Below are positions 25,457-33,738 of a DNA stretch of 33,780 nucleotides, in pieces. Numbering within the stretch: the stretch's first letter is position 1; each line of letters begins with the position of its first letter. The stretch spans positions 1 to 33,780 of the forward strand of contig CAYODA010000004.1 of assembly GCA_964402625.1 (NCBI GenBank), read 5' to 3'. This stretch comes from an uncultured Syntrophomonadaceae bacterium. GTDB taxonomy: Bacteria > Bacillota > Dethiobacteria > DTU022 > PWGO01. The translations under genes were made by a program, and so were the position numbers. The notes under the pieces are model-generated. The model was given only the letters and a program-made list of their open reading frames with translations. It searched no databases and had not been told where the DNA came from.

Positions 25457-27223
25457 ATGGTCTTGGATCCTACCAAGCATGAAGACTGGGAAATAGCGGA
25501 AGAAGCGGAATCGCGGATGAAGTCGGTAAATCAGCTGGGTGAAGAAATGGGCCTGGAAAGTGCTGAACTGTTGCCCTATGGTCACTACATTGCCAAGGTT
25601 GATTACAAAAAAGTACTGGATCGCCTGAAAGACAAACCTGACGGAAAGTACATTGATGTGACTGCTATTAACCCCACCCCCCTGGGAGAAGGAAAAACTA
25701 CCACTACTATTGGACTTACCCAGGGACTGGGCAAACTGGGTAAGGATGTAACGGCAGCTATCAGGCAGCCTTCTGGCGGCCCCACCATGAACATTAAAGG
25801 TTCTGCTGCCGGCGGAGGATTGGCCCAGTGCATCCCCCTGACACCGTTTTCTCTGGGGCTCACCGGCGACATCAACGATATCATGAACTCCCACAACCTG
25901 GCTATGGTAGCCCTGACTTCCAGGATGCAGCACGAGCAGAACTACAGCGATAATTTCCTGCAGAAGCGTAACCTGAAGAGGCTGGATATCGATCCCAGGA
26001 ATGTGCAGATCAACTGGATTATTGACTTCTGCGCCCAGGCGCTGCGCAACATTGTTATAGGACTGGGAGGAAAGAGAGACGGCTACCTGATGGAATCGGG
26101 ATTTGATATTGCCGTATCCTCCGAAGTAATGGCTATACTTTCCGTGGCCAAGGACCTTAAGGATATGCGCGAGAGAATGGGCAAGATAGTTGTTGCCAAG
26201 GACAGATTTGGCAAGGATATAACCACTAAAGACCTGGAAGTAGACGGTGCCATGACTGCCTGGATGGTAGAAGCCCTCAACCCCAACCTCATGCAAACAC
26301 TGGAAGGTCAGCCGGTATTTGTACACGCCGGTCCCTTTGCCAACATAGCCATAGGACAGTCTTCCATTGTGGCTGACCGGGTTGGTCTGAAGCTGTCTGA
26401 CTATGTGGTAACCGAATCCGGGTTCGGCGCCGATATCGGTTTTGAGAAGTTCTGGAACCTCAAGTGCCGCATGTCCGGCCTGAAGCCGCATGCCGCGGTC
26501 CTGGTTACTACTATCCGCGCCATGAAGTGCCACGGCGGTGCCCCGGTACCCAAGCCGGGACAGCCCATCGACCCCGCTTACAACGAAGAAAACGTGGAGT
26601 GGGTGGAAAAAGGCTGCGAAAACCTTATCCAGCACATCAACACCGTCAAGAAATCCGGCATCAACCCCGTGGTTTGCATTAACCACTTCTACACCGATAC
26701 GGACAATGAAATCAATGCGGTACGCCGCCTGGCCGAAGAAGCCGGAGCCTGGGTGGCTGTATCCAAGCACTGGCAGTACGGCGGCGACGGCGCTACAGAA
26801 CTGGCTGAAGCAGTAGCAGATGCTGCCGAGAAGCCCAACGAGTTCCGTTTCCTTTACGACCTGGAAACACCGCTGCGGGACCGCATTGACAAGATCGTTA
26901 AAGAAGTTTACGGGGGAGACGGCGTAGAATACACCCCGGAAGCACTGGAGAAAGCCAAGAAGATAGAAGATGACCCTGCTACCCAGAAACAGCTGGGAAC
27001 TTGCGTGGCCAAGACGCACCTCAGCCTGACCGATAACCCGGCCATCAAAGGTGCGCCCAAGGGATGGAAGCTGCACGTAAGGGACATCCTTACCTACAAG
27101 GGAGCCGGATTCATAGTACCGCTGGCGGGAACCATCCCCATGATGCCCGGCACCTCTTCCGACCCGGCCTACCGCCGCGTGGACGTGGATACGGAAACCG
27201 GCAAGGTACAGGGCCTGTTCTAA
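25457..27223 (+). CDS. fhs: Formate-tetrahydrofolate ligase
   Basis: [14 protein letters not shown] nucleotide loop, [18 protein letters not shown] and the C-terminal ...GLF. GGGAGG RBS. Confidence 0.97.
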   Translation: MVLDPTKHEDWEIAEEAESRMKSVNQLGEEMGLESAELLPYGHYIAKVDYKKVLDRLKDKPDGKYIDVTAINPTPLGEGKTTTTIGLTQGLGKLGKDVTAAIRQPSGGPTMNIKGSAAGGGLAQCIPLTPFSLGLTGDINDIMNSHNLAMVALTSRMQHEQNYSDNFLQKRNLKRLDIDPRNVQINWIIDFCAQALRNIVIGLGGKRDGYLMESGFDIAVSSEVMAILSVAKDLKDMRERMGKIVVAKDRFGKDITTKDLEVDGAMTAWMVEALNPNLMQTLEGQPVFVHAGPFANIAIGQSSIVADRVGLKLSDYVVTESGFGADIGFEKFWNLKCRMSGLKPHAAVLVTTIRAMKCHGGAPVPKPGQPIDPAYNEENVEWVEKGCENLIQHINTVKKSGINPVVCINHFYTDTDNEINAVRRLAEEAGAWVAVSKHWQYGGDGATELAEAVADAAEKPNEFRFLYDLETPLRDRIDKIVKEVYGGDGVEYTPEALEKAKKIEDDPATQKQLGTCVAKTHLSLTDNPAIKGAPKGWKLHVRDILTYKGAGFIVPLAGTIPMMPGTSSDPAYRRVDVDTETGKVQGLF

Positions 27224-27244
27224 ACCGGTTTGCTTGGCTAAAGC

Positions 27245-27274
27245 TAACAATAACAATAACAATAACAATAACAA
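27245..27274. repeat. Hexanucleotide microsatellite (TAACAA)x5
   Basis: Five perfect tandem TAACAA units, then CAATAA, beginning 22 nt after the fhs stop. Confidence 0.95.
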
Positions 27275-27290
27275 CAATAAGAGTTAAGAA

Positions 27291-27344
27291 AAAGAATGAA
27301 GGGATCCTGCGCTACTTTGCAAAGGATCCCTTCATTCTTTTAAA
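27291..27344. terminator. Bidirectional intrinsic terminator between convergent fhs and folB/K
   Basis: Perfect 17-bp stem AAAGAATGAAGGGATCC (27291-27307) / GGATCCCTTCATTCTTT (27324-27340). It is flanked by A-runs on one side and T-runs on the other. Confidence 0.8.
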
Positions 27345-27396
27345 TAATTACTCAAAAATTACCCCTTTACTGCACCCAATCTTACTCTGTTTACTT

Positions 27397-27430
27397 CCCC
27401 CCATGGGGGGAGGAGGGTCAGGGTGGGGGG
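27397..27430. other. CCCCCCATGGGGGG palindrome continuing into a G-tract cluster (G-quadruplex-type motif)
   Basis: C6 (27397-27402), AT, G6 (27405-27410), then a-gga-GGG-tca-GGG-t-GGGGGG to 27430. This gives four or more G3+ runs with loops of 7 nt or less. Confidence 0.7.
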
Positions 27431-27483
27431 AATACTTATCTACTTCCATTAACCCCCAAAATTTAGTTTCCAAAGATTATTTA

Positions 27484-28368
27484 TCACATCAGGCTTTCGT
27501 GTATCGGGTTAATACCCTCTGGCTCACCCAGCAAAGAAAGCATTTCCGAAACACTTTGCTGGCATCCGGCGGGGATAAGGTGCGGGGCGATGTCGTTTAA
27601 GGGAACCAGTACAAACCACCTTTCCGGGATAGAGGGGTGGGGTAATGACAGCAGAGGACTGTTTAAAATAACGTTTTCGTATTGCAGGAGGTCTATATCA
27701 ATCACTCTGGATAGCATTTCGTTTTTCCTGCGCCTGCCCAGTTCCCACTCAATTTTTTTGGTGCACGAGAGTATTCCCACGGGAGAGAGGCTGGTTTTAA
27801 TTTTAAGCGCTGCATTGTAAAAGTCCTGGGAAGTATCGATTCCCACCGGTTCGGTCTTGTACACAGGAGAGGCGTCTGTAACTTCTATGTCCGGGTAATC
27901 GTTCAGCCGGGCAACAGCGTGCTTCAGGTAGTCAAGCCGGTCTCCCTGATTGGAACCCAGTCCCAGGTAAACCACCCTGCCTTTTTTAGAAGCCGTCGCC
28001 TTTTCCCGCTCTGCAGAAACTTCTACTCCCCCGGTAATTCCCGGGAGAGGGGGCCGCGGTTTGCAGACAGTGACTCTTACTTTTTTTAATATTTTTAGCT
28101 GCAATATTTCATTTGCCACGCATTCAGACAGTGATTCCAGGAGCTGAAATCTTTTACGGTAGAATACTTCCCGTATTGTTTCCAATACCCGGCTGTAATC
28201 CAGGGTGTTTTCCAGGCTGTCCAAGTGGCTTATGCCCCGGTAATCCAGGAATAGCTCTACGGAAATTAAAAATTCCTGTCCTCTTTCTTCCTCCTCGGGT
28301 AAAACTCCGTGATACCCGTATAGCGAAATATTTTTGATAAAAATTCTATCCATATCCATATCCATCAC
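27484..28368 (-). CDS. folK: Bifunctional dihydroneopterin aldolase / 6-hydroxymethyl-dihydropterin pyrophosphokinase (FolB-FolK fusion)
   Basis: N-terminal FolB pattern (IFIKNISLYGYHGVLPEEEERGQEF). C-terminal HPPK pattern (VYLGLGSNQGDRL...PVYKTEPVG...RVIDIDLL). The start region GTGATGG overlaps the folP stop, and the exact start among several Met codons is uncertain. Confidence 0.9.
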   Translation of the reverse strand: MMDMDMDRIFIKNISLYGYHGVLPEEEERGQEFLISVELFLDYRGISHLDSLENTLDYSRVLETIREVFYRKRFQLLESLSECVANEILQLKILKKVRVTVCKPRPPLPGITGGVEVSAEREKATASKKGRVVYLGLGSNQGDRLDYLKHAVARLNDYPDIEVTDASPVYKTEPVGIDTSQDFYNAALKIKTSLSPVGILSCTKKIEWELGRRRKNEMLSRVIDIDLLQYENVILNSPLLSLPHPSIPERWFVLVPLNDIAPHLIPAGCQQSVSEMLSLLGEPEGINPIHESLM

Positions 28369-29546
28369 CTTCTTACCATGGCGTCAGTCATATCCGCTCT
28401 TCTTTTTATGGGCTTTACGTCGTGCACCCTTACTATCTCCGCCCCCCTGGTGATACCGTAGCTGACTGTGGCGGCAGTTCCTTCTACCCGGTCATCTTTA
28501 GGCAGTTGCAGCACGTTTCCAATAAGCGATTTTCGTGAAGTCCCCAACAGAAGTGGATACCCCAATCCCTTAAATTCCTCCAGCCGGTGCATGACTTCAA
28601 GGTTATGCTCTGTATTTTTCCCAAAGCCAATTCCCGGGTCCAGGATAATCTGATCTTTACTTATCCCTGCGTCCAGGGCCATAGAAACGCTCTCTTGAAG
28701 TTCGTCTATGATTTCTCCCATCAGGTCCTGGTATTCCGCCACCTCCCGGTTATGCATCAGGCATACGGGCACATTGTGCCTGGCAACTACATCTGCCATT
28801 TCCGGATCGGCACGGAAGGCCCACACGTCGTTAATCATGTGTGCCCCTTTTTTTAAAGCTTCTTCTGCCACGGAGGACTTGTAAGTGTCCACGGATACAG
28901 GAACGGTGATTTCATCTAAAAGAGCTTCCAGTACGGGCATTAAACGGCTCAATTCTTCATCCCGTGATATCGGGACGGCGCCGGGCCTGGTAGATTCCCC
29001 GCCAATATCTACTATATCTGCGCCTTCTTCTACCAGTGCATGGGCCTGTTGAACAGCTGTATCCAGGGTATGGTACCTGCCTCCGTCGGAAAAGGAATCG
29101 GGCGTAACATTAAGAATGCCCATAATCAAAGTTCTTGCTCCCAGCGGAAACGTATGTTTACCCAGTTTTAAAGCATGAGTTTTCTTTTTACGGGTGTTGT
29201 TGATAATTTGCTCAAGCTGTTCTCCCAGGGCGGCAAGTCCGAATGGCTGAATGGCGAGAACTTTTTTTAGTGAACGTAGCTGCTTTTCCGTTCCCATGAG
29301 AAGGGCTGTGACAGTTCCTTCGTTCCGGTTGATGGTTTCCCGTGGCAGGGCTGCTTCGGCACCCAGGGCCAGGGCTTCCTGTTTTAATATTATGGCGGCC
29401 CGGGGGGAGATACGGTCTATTTTTATCAGCAGATGGTGGCCTTTGGGAACCATGATCTTTGCTCCCCTGGAATCAACTTCCATTTGATTTAACTCGGTTT
29501 CGATTTCTTCTGGAGCGCGCTGTATCAGTCTTGCTCTAATGGACAA
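28365..29546 (-). CDS. folP: Dihydropteroate synthase with an N-terminal extension of about 125 aa
   Basis: Pterin-binding barrel motifs GILNVTPDSFSDGG and DIGGESTRPG. TTG start 7 nt after GGGAGG. Residues 1 to about 128 precede the canonical domain. Confidence 0.93.
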   Translation of the reverse strand: MSIRARLIQRAPEEIETELNQMEVDSRGAKIMVPKGHHLLIKIDRISPRAAIILKQEALALGAEAALPRETINRNEGTVTALLMGTEKQLRSLKKVLAIQPFGLAALGEQLEQIINNTRKKKTHALKLGKHTFPLGARTLIMGILNVTPDSFSDGGRYHTLDTAVQQAHALVEEGADIVDIGGESTRPGAVPISRDEELSRLMPVLEALLDEITVPVSVDTYKSSVAEEALKKGAHMINDVWAFRADPEMADVVARHNVPVCLMHNREVAEYQDLMGEIIDELQESVSMALDAGISKDQIILDPGIGFGKNTEHNLEVMHRLEEFKGLGYPLLLGTSRKSLIGNVLQLPKDDRVEGTAATVSYGITRGAEIVRVHDVKPIKRRADMTDAMVRR

Positions 29547-29606
29547 GGTATAACCTCCCTATCTCTGGTTGCAATCTAAAGAATAAATAAATGGTACTGG
29601 CCGGGT

Positions 29607-30173
29607 TTAATCCCCTTTGATTAAGGAAAAAGCTTCTTCTCTCGACAGGGGATTCTTTCTAAATAATCCCCGGACAGCAGAAGTCACCGTGACCGCCCCG
29701 GGTTTTTTGACACCGCGGATGCTCATGCACAAGTGCTCTGCTTCAACTACTACCACCACACCCTTGGGTGAAAGCATTTCCATGATAACATCTGCCACCT
29801 GCTTGGTCAGCCTTTCCTGAAGTTGAGGCCTCTGGGATACGGTTTCAATAACTCTAACCAGCTTGCTCAAACCTACCAGCTTTCCGCCAGCAGGCAAGTA
29901 GGCCAGGTGGGCTTTTCCGTAAAACGGCAAAAGGTGATGTTCACACATGGAATAAAATGAAATGTCTTTTACCAGGACGATTTCGTCGTGTTCATCACTG
30001 ACAAAGTGTGTTTCCAGCCATTCACGGGGGTCTTCGTTCATACCCTTAAAAATTTCCGAGTACATTTTGGCAACCCGGTGTGGAGTGTCTTTGAGGCCCT
30101 CTCTATCCAGATCTTCCCCTACGGCTTCCAAAATGAGTTTTACTGCCTTCTCAATTTTTGGTTTGTCCACCAT
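29607..30173 (-). CDS. folE: GTP cyclohydrolase I
   Basis: 188 aa with CEHHLLPF and the overall FolE pattern. AAGGAG RBS 9 nt upstream of the ATG. Confidence 0.95.
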   Translation of the reverse strand: MVDKPKIEKAVKLILEAVGEDLDREGLKDTPHRVAKMYSEIFKGMNEDPREWLETHFVSDEHDEIVLVKDISFYSMCEHHLLPFYGKAHLAYLPAGGKLVGLSKLVRVIETVSQRPQLQERLTKQVADVIMEMLSPKGVVVVVEAEHLCMSIRGVKKPGAVTVTSAVRGLFRKNPLSREEAFSLIKGD

Positions 30174-30196
30174 TTTGCTAATCTCCTTTAAGGATT

Positions 30197-31498
30197 TTAA
30201 AATTGAAAGTATTGCGGTAAAAGAATAATTAAAGTGTGCAGCAGGGCACAGCTCAAGATGTTTTTGGTTTTAAGAAAAAGGTATCCCAGTATAAGTGCAG
30301 TGGCCGGCACCAGAACCACAATTTCCACAAATACAAAGGGGTAATTAAACAGGGAGGGGTTGGTAAGGTAAACTAAAGCAAAATAAAACCCCCCGGATAA
30401 AAGTGACGTCAGGAAGAGGCCCATATAACAGCCTGTTAGCTGCGACAAGAAAACTTGAATATAACCCCTCCAGATCAATTCGTTAAGCAAAGCGGCACAG
30501 AAAAATACTGCCACCAGATGTAGTATGAGATTTCCCGGTAAGAGTTCTTGTATACCACGGATGCCCTCCAGGGGTACTGCCAGAAAAAAAGCCCCTGTTA
30601 TCACTGCGAGCAAGTAGCCGCTGGACCACTTTGCCTGCTCTAAACCGAAATACTTCAGGGAAATGACTTTAACACGGGCCAGCGTTAGCAAGATTAAAGT
30701 TGCCAGGGCGTATCCGATGGAGTGGTAATAATAGTGCCACTCCCACAGTTCAATAATATAGTGGGTGATAAAGATAACAGTTAGGACACCAGCGGCTGCA
30801 AGTATTTCTGCAAGAGAAGAAATCTCTTCGCCTTCAAATTTCCTGGTAGTAAAATTCAGGGACATGATCTGAAGTAAAATAAAAATAACTGCAAGAATTA
30901 ACAGGTAGAGTAGCCCGGAAAACCATGGTGTTTCGGGTGAAAAATTATGCAGCGTCGATATAGTAGTTCCGTCCTTATCCAGGAACTCAAGGTAAAACGA
31001 GCTATTATGCGGTGTAAAAGTTAAAGGAATACCCGCACCCATAAGCAGGCTAAGCTCGGGAGTTCCTTCCTGTTGCTTAAAAGCCTGTTCCAGCTCCCGG
31101 GCTTTATCCCCGTTTGCTTCTGTGAAATAGATATCACCCCTCTGGTTGAATAAAACATCCCCTTCCACCAGGACAAAAATGCCGCTGGTTTGGTCAGGTA
31201 TTGTTTCTTCCGGGTGTTTATAATCTCCTTCACCCCAGAACAAAGCACCCTTTGTCCTTTCGTTCACTAAAACCCGGGCAAAATGTCCGCCTTCTGGGAA
31301 GGATACCTGGAGCTCTTCCAGGGAAAACTCCCAGGATTCATTAAATTTTTCTACCTGCTCTATCTGGTAATCCGGCGTTGAAGTGCCTTTTGCTTCAGGC
31401 ACGTAAGATATAACAAGTAAAGCACTCAAGCTAACTATAAAAACCAATGCCAGTAAAACAGCCAGAATTAACAGGCGGTTCGCGTTAGAAAAATACAT
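30197..31498 (-). CDS. Polytopic membrane protein: signal-anchor, unassigned ectodomain of about 160 aa, C-terminal CPBP (CAAX/Abi)-like domain with non-canonical motif residues
   Basis: AAGGGAG RBS 6 nt before the ATG. TM helix at aa 9-31, soluble region about aa 35-195, then about 8 TM helices. The CPBP-like motifs read NELIWRG (aa 339-345), FALVY (373-377) and HTLII (421-425). The gene ends 23 nt before folE. Confidence 0.55.
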   Translation of the reverse strand: MYFSNANRLLILAVLLALVFIVSLSALLVISYVPEAKGTSTPDYQIEQVEKFNESWEFSLEELQVSFPEGGHFARVLVNERTKGALFWGEGDYKHPEETIPDQTSGIFVLVEGDVLFNQRGDIYFTEANGDKARELEQAFKQQEGTPELSLLMGAGIPLTFTPHNSSFYLEFLDKDGTTISTLHNFSPETPWFSGLLYLLILAVIFILLQIMSLNFTTRKFEGEEISSLAEILAAAGVLTVIFITHYIIELWEWHYYYHSIGYALATLILLTLARVKVISLKYFGLEQAKWSSGYLLAVITGAFFLAVPLEGIRGIQELLPGNLILHLVAVFFCAALLNELIWRGYIQVFLSQLTGCYMGLFLTSLLSGGFYFALVYLTNPSLFNYPFVFVEIVVLVPATALILGYLFLKTKNILSCALLHTLIILLPQYFQF

Positions 31499-31593
31499 TC
31501 TATACTCCCTTAACCCCTGCGTTTTAATTTTACTGCTTCATATTTATTTTTCGACTGCAATCGGGTTTTTCCTGCTAAATTTAAAAAGAACGT

Positions 31594-31622
31594 TTGTATT
31601 TTAGGTGCAACTTTGCTATATT
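31594..31622 (+). promoter_or_regulatory. sigmaA-type promoter upstream of coaX
   Basis: TTGTAT (31594-31599), 17-nt spacer, TATATT (31617-31622). It overlaps the ORF-track GTG 31605, which argues for the downstream ATG start. Confidence 0.5.
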
Positions 31623-31640
31623 ACCAGTGGGGTGACAAAG

Positions 31641-32411
31641 ATGCTGCTGGCTATTGATGTAGGAAACACGCATATAATGCTGGGCGTTTTTGAAGGAGAA
31701 CAACTTAAAGTTTGCTGGAGGGTTTCAACTAACTGGGAGAGAACCGAGGATGAGCTGGGAGTGGTATTTAAAAACCTCTTTTACCACAGCGAAATCTCTT
31801 CTGAAAACATTTCGCATATAATTATATCTTCCGTTGTTCCCCCCATGCTTTATTCCCTGGAAAAGATGTCCAAAAAATATTTTGGCCTGGTACCTCTTAT
31901 GGTAGGGCCAAATATCAAGTCCGGCATGAATATTTTAATGGATAATCCCGATGAAGTAGGGGCGGACCGAATAGTAAACGCAGTGGCTGGTTACCGCCTT
32001 TACGGCGGTCCCCTTATTATTGTGGATTTTGGTACCGCTACTACGTACTGTGCCATATCGGAAAACGGTGATTACCTGGGCGGAGCCATATCCCCCGGTA
32101 TCAGCATTTCTACGGAAGCGCTGTTTGCCAGGGCGGCAAAGTTGCCCCGGGTGGAACTGGTCCCTCCTCCCAACATTATTGGCAAGAATACCATTAACAG
32201 CATGCAGTCGGGGATTGTCTACGGCTTCGTGGGACAGGTGCAAAGCATAGTAGGGAAAATGAAAAAAGAATTTTCTACGGAACCTTTTGTGGTGGGCACG
32301 GGTGGAATGGCCGAGGTGATAGCCCGTGAAGCGGATATAATCGACGAGGTAAACAACCTGCTCACCCTGGAAGGACTTCGCATCATTTTTGAAATAAACA
32401 GAAACCAGTAA
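31641..32411 (+). CDS. coaX: Type III pantothenate kinase
   Basis: MLLAIDVGNTH N-terminus and DFGTATT. About 256 aa. GGGGTGA RBS. Confidence 0.92.
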   Translation: MLLAIDVGNTHIMLGVFEGEQLKVCWRVSTNWERTEDELGVVFKNLFYHSEISSENISHIIISSVVPPMLYSLEKMSKKYFGLVPLMVGPNIKSGMNILMDNPDEVGADRIVNAVAGYRLYGGPLIIVDFGTATTYCAISENGDYLGGAISPGISISTEALFARAAKLPRVELVPPPNIIGKNTINSMQSGIVYGFVGQVQSIVGKMKKEFSTEPFVVGTGGMAEVIAREADIIDEVNNLLTLEGLRIIFEINRNQ

Positions 32412-32474
32412 TAATAATTTTCATATTACATTAGGGCAAACATGTTGAAGTAAGACGAACGGAGTGATGGCATT

Positions 32475-33089
32475 TTGGAACTGGAAGATGTTGTGACCAG
32501 GAGAAGAAGTATAAGGAATTTTCTGGACCGCCCGGTTTCCGAAGAATACGTAAACGAGTTAATAGAAGCAGCTCGCCTGGCTCCTTCCGCTACTAACAGG
32601 CAGCCCTGGCGTTTTGTTATACTACGGGAAACCTGGGAAAAGGAAAAAATATCCGAAGCAGTAACCCAGTCTTTTGTGCTGCAGGCCCCTGTAATTCTGG
32701 TATGCTGCTTGGACCGGCGTGCCTTTACCAGGGAACTGGTTACCAACCGGGTGGAGGAACTGGTAGGTATCGGTGTTATAAGCCGGGAGGTCGCCGAGTT
32801 GCTGTACCGCAGGAAGTTACCTGAATCTTCCCGGGAAGCGGGTCTCCCGTTTTCAGCATTTATTGACATGGGGATTGCTGTGGAGCACATGGTTCTTCGG
32901 GCGGCAGATCTGGGTCTGGGCACCTGCTGGGTCAGGATGTTTGATCCGCAAAAGATGCAGCAGCTGCTGGAGATTCCTTCCGACCTTGAGATAACTGCAC
33001 TGCTTCCCGTGGGATATCCGGAGGAAGAACCAGGACAGCGCCCACGCCTTAAACGCGAAGACTTGATTGTACAGCTTCCCTGGCAGTAA
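32475..33089 (+). CDS. Nitroreductase-family flavoprotein
   Basis: RRSIRNF and APSATNRQPWRF motifs. TTG start 8 nt after GGAGTG. Confidence 0.85.
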   Translation: MELEDVVTRRRSIRNFLDRPVSEEYVNELIEAARLAPSATNRQPWRFVILRETWEKEKISEAVTQSFVLQAPVILVCCLDRRAFTRELVTNRVEELVGIGVISREVAELLYRRKLPESSREAGLPFSAFIDMGIAVEHMVLRAADLGLGTCWVRMFDPQKMQQLLEIPSDLEITALLPVGYPEEEPGQRPRLKREDLIVQLPWQ

Positions 33090-33147
33090 TCTCTTTACCG
33101 GTATGTTAGTAATGACAATTAACGATGGAAGTACCCCCTGGTACTAT

Positions 33148-33232
33148 GAGAAGTGAGAGGTTAGAAGTGAGAGAAAAAAAGAAAGGTTGGTTTATAGCTT
33201 TCTCACCTATAACTTCTCACTTCCCACCTCTC
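33148..33232. repeat. Long imperfect inverted repeat built from AGAAGTGAGAG units
   Basis: 33150-33174 pairs with 33199-33223: 25 positions, by my count 21 Watson-Crick, 2 G-U and 2 mismatches. The loop is 24 nt and A/T-rich. The 5' arm contains AGAAGTGAGAG twice (33149-33159 and 33163-33173). Confidence 0.8.
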
Positions 33233-33356
33233 AAACGCGAGAGAAACCCGCGGATACCGAAAGCTCAAGCCGCTGTTGTGGCCCTCGAACGGTAGCATGA
33301 GCCGAGCCAACCACTACACCAGCGACGCTAGAAGCAAACGTATTTTCTGAGTAGCA

Positions 33357-33395
33357 AAAGGGACGCGAAGTGAAATCTGACTCCGCGTCCCTTTT
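33357..33395 (-). terminator. Intrinsic terminator for the minus-strand CBM-like gene (could act in both directions)
   Basis: AAAAGGGACGCG (33357-33368) pairs perfectly with CGCGTCCCTTTT (33384-33395). The loop is 15 nt. Confidence 0.7.
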
Positions 33396-33444
33396 AACAC
33401 AGCTGTTTTACTTTTTTACCATTGAAATTCTAAATCTGTGTTGT

Positions 33445-33738
33445 TTAATCGATACTAAAGCTCCAGTTTTCACCGTTATTGTTATCCCAGTGATCGGCAC
33501 TGTCTTTAAAGCACAGATTGAACTCCTGGTTTCCTTCTGCCCTGGTGATGCAGGAAAAGTTTCCTTCGGGGGTCTGTTCCATGGGAATGTCTTCTACGTT
33601 GTGCCACCCGTCGATTCCACAGCGCATCCAGACGCTGTCTGCACCGTTTTGCGCCAGTAGCCCCCGGTATTCGACCCTTACTTCCTGTCCTTTACGGGGA
33701 GTGCCCGGTTCCAGGGCGATACGGTCATCTAAATGCAT
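33445..33738 (-). CDS. Stand-alone starch/glycogen-binding-module-like protein (CBM25/CBM53-type)
   Basis: 97 aa. GGAGGTG RBS 8 nt before the ATG. The pattern V.V.Y...G...V.....DGW......M........F......G...F.F.FKD....WDNNNGENW is typical of CBM25/53 beta-sandwich modules. No signal peptide. Confidence 0.5.
   Translation of the reverse strand: MHLDDRIALEPGTPRKGQEVRVEYRGLLAQNGADSVWMRCGIDGWHNVEDIPMEQTPEGNFSCITRAEGNQEFNLCFKDSADHWDNNNGENWSFSID

Noticed and set aside
25424-27277. 617-aa ORF on the minus strand, the longest minus-strand ORF in the window
   Set aside because: It is entirely antisense to the strongly supported fhs gene. The product is a low-complexity, motif-free sequence with no RBS. 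This is a classic shadow ORF produced by the codon bias of the sense gene.
27064-27600. 178-aa + strand ORF containing an ITITITIT repeat and a G-rich segment
   Set aside because: It begins out of frame inside fhs and runs across the terminator, the microsatellite and the G-tract. The repeats are DNA-level features, not coding.
33250-33335. Possible tRNA or tRNA pseudogene on the minus strand (D-loop-like GUAGUGGUU, T-loop-like GUUCGAGGG, CAU triplet)
   Set aside because: I could not build acceptor, D or anticodon stems with correct spacing. It is kept only as an unexplained structured segment in the findings.
33370-33660. 96-aa + strand ORF
   Set aside because: It starts inside the terminator hairpin and is antisense to the CBM-like gene. 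That gene has the better RBS and a recognisable domain pattern.
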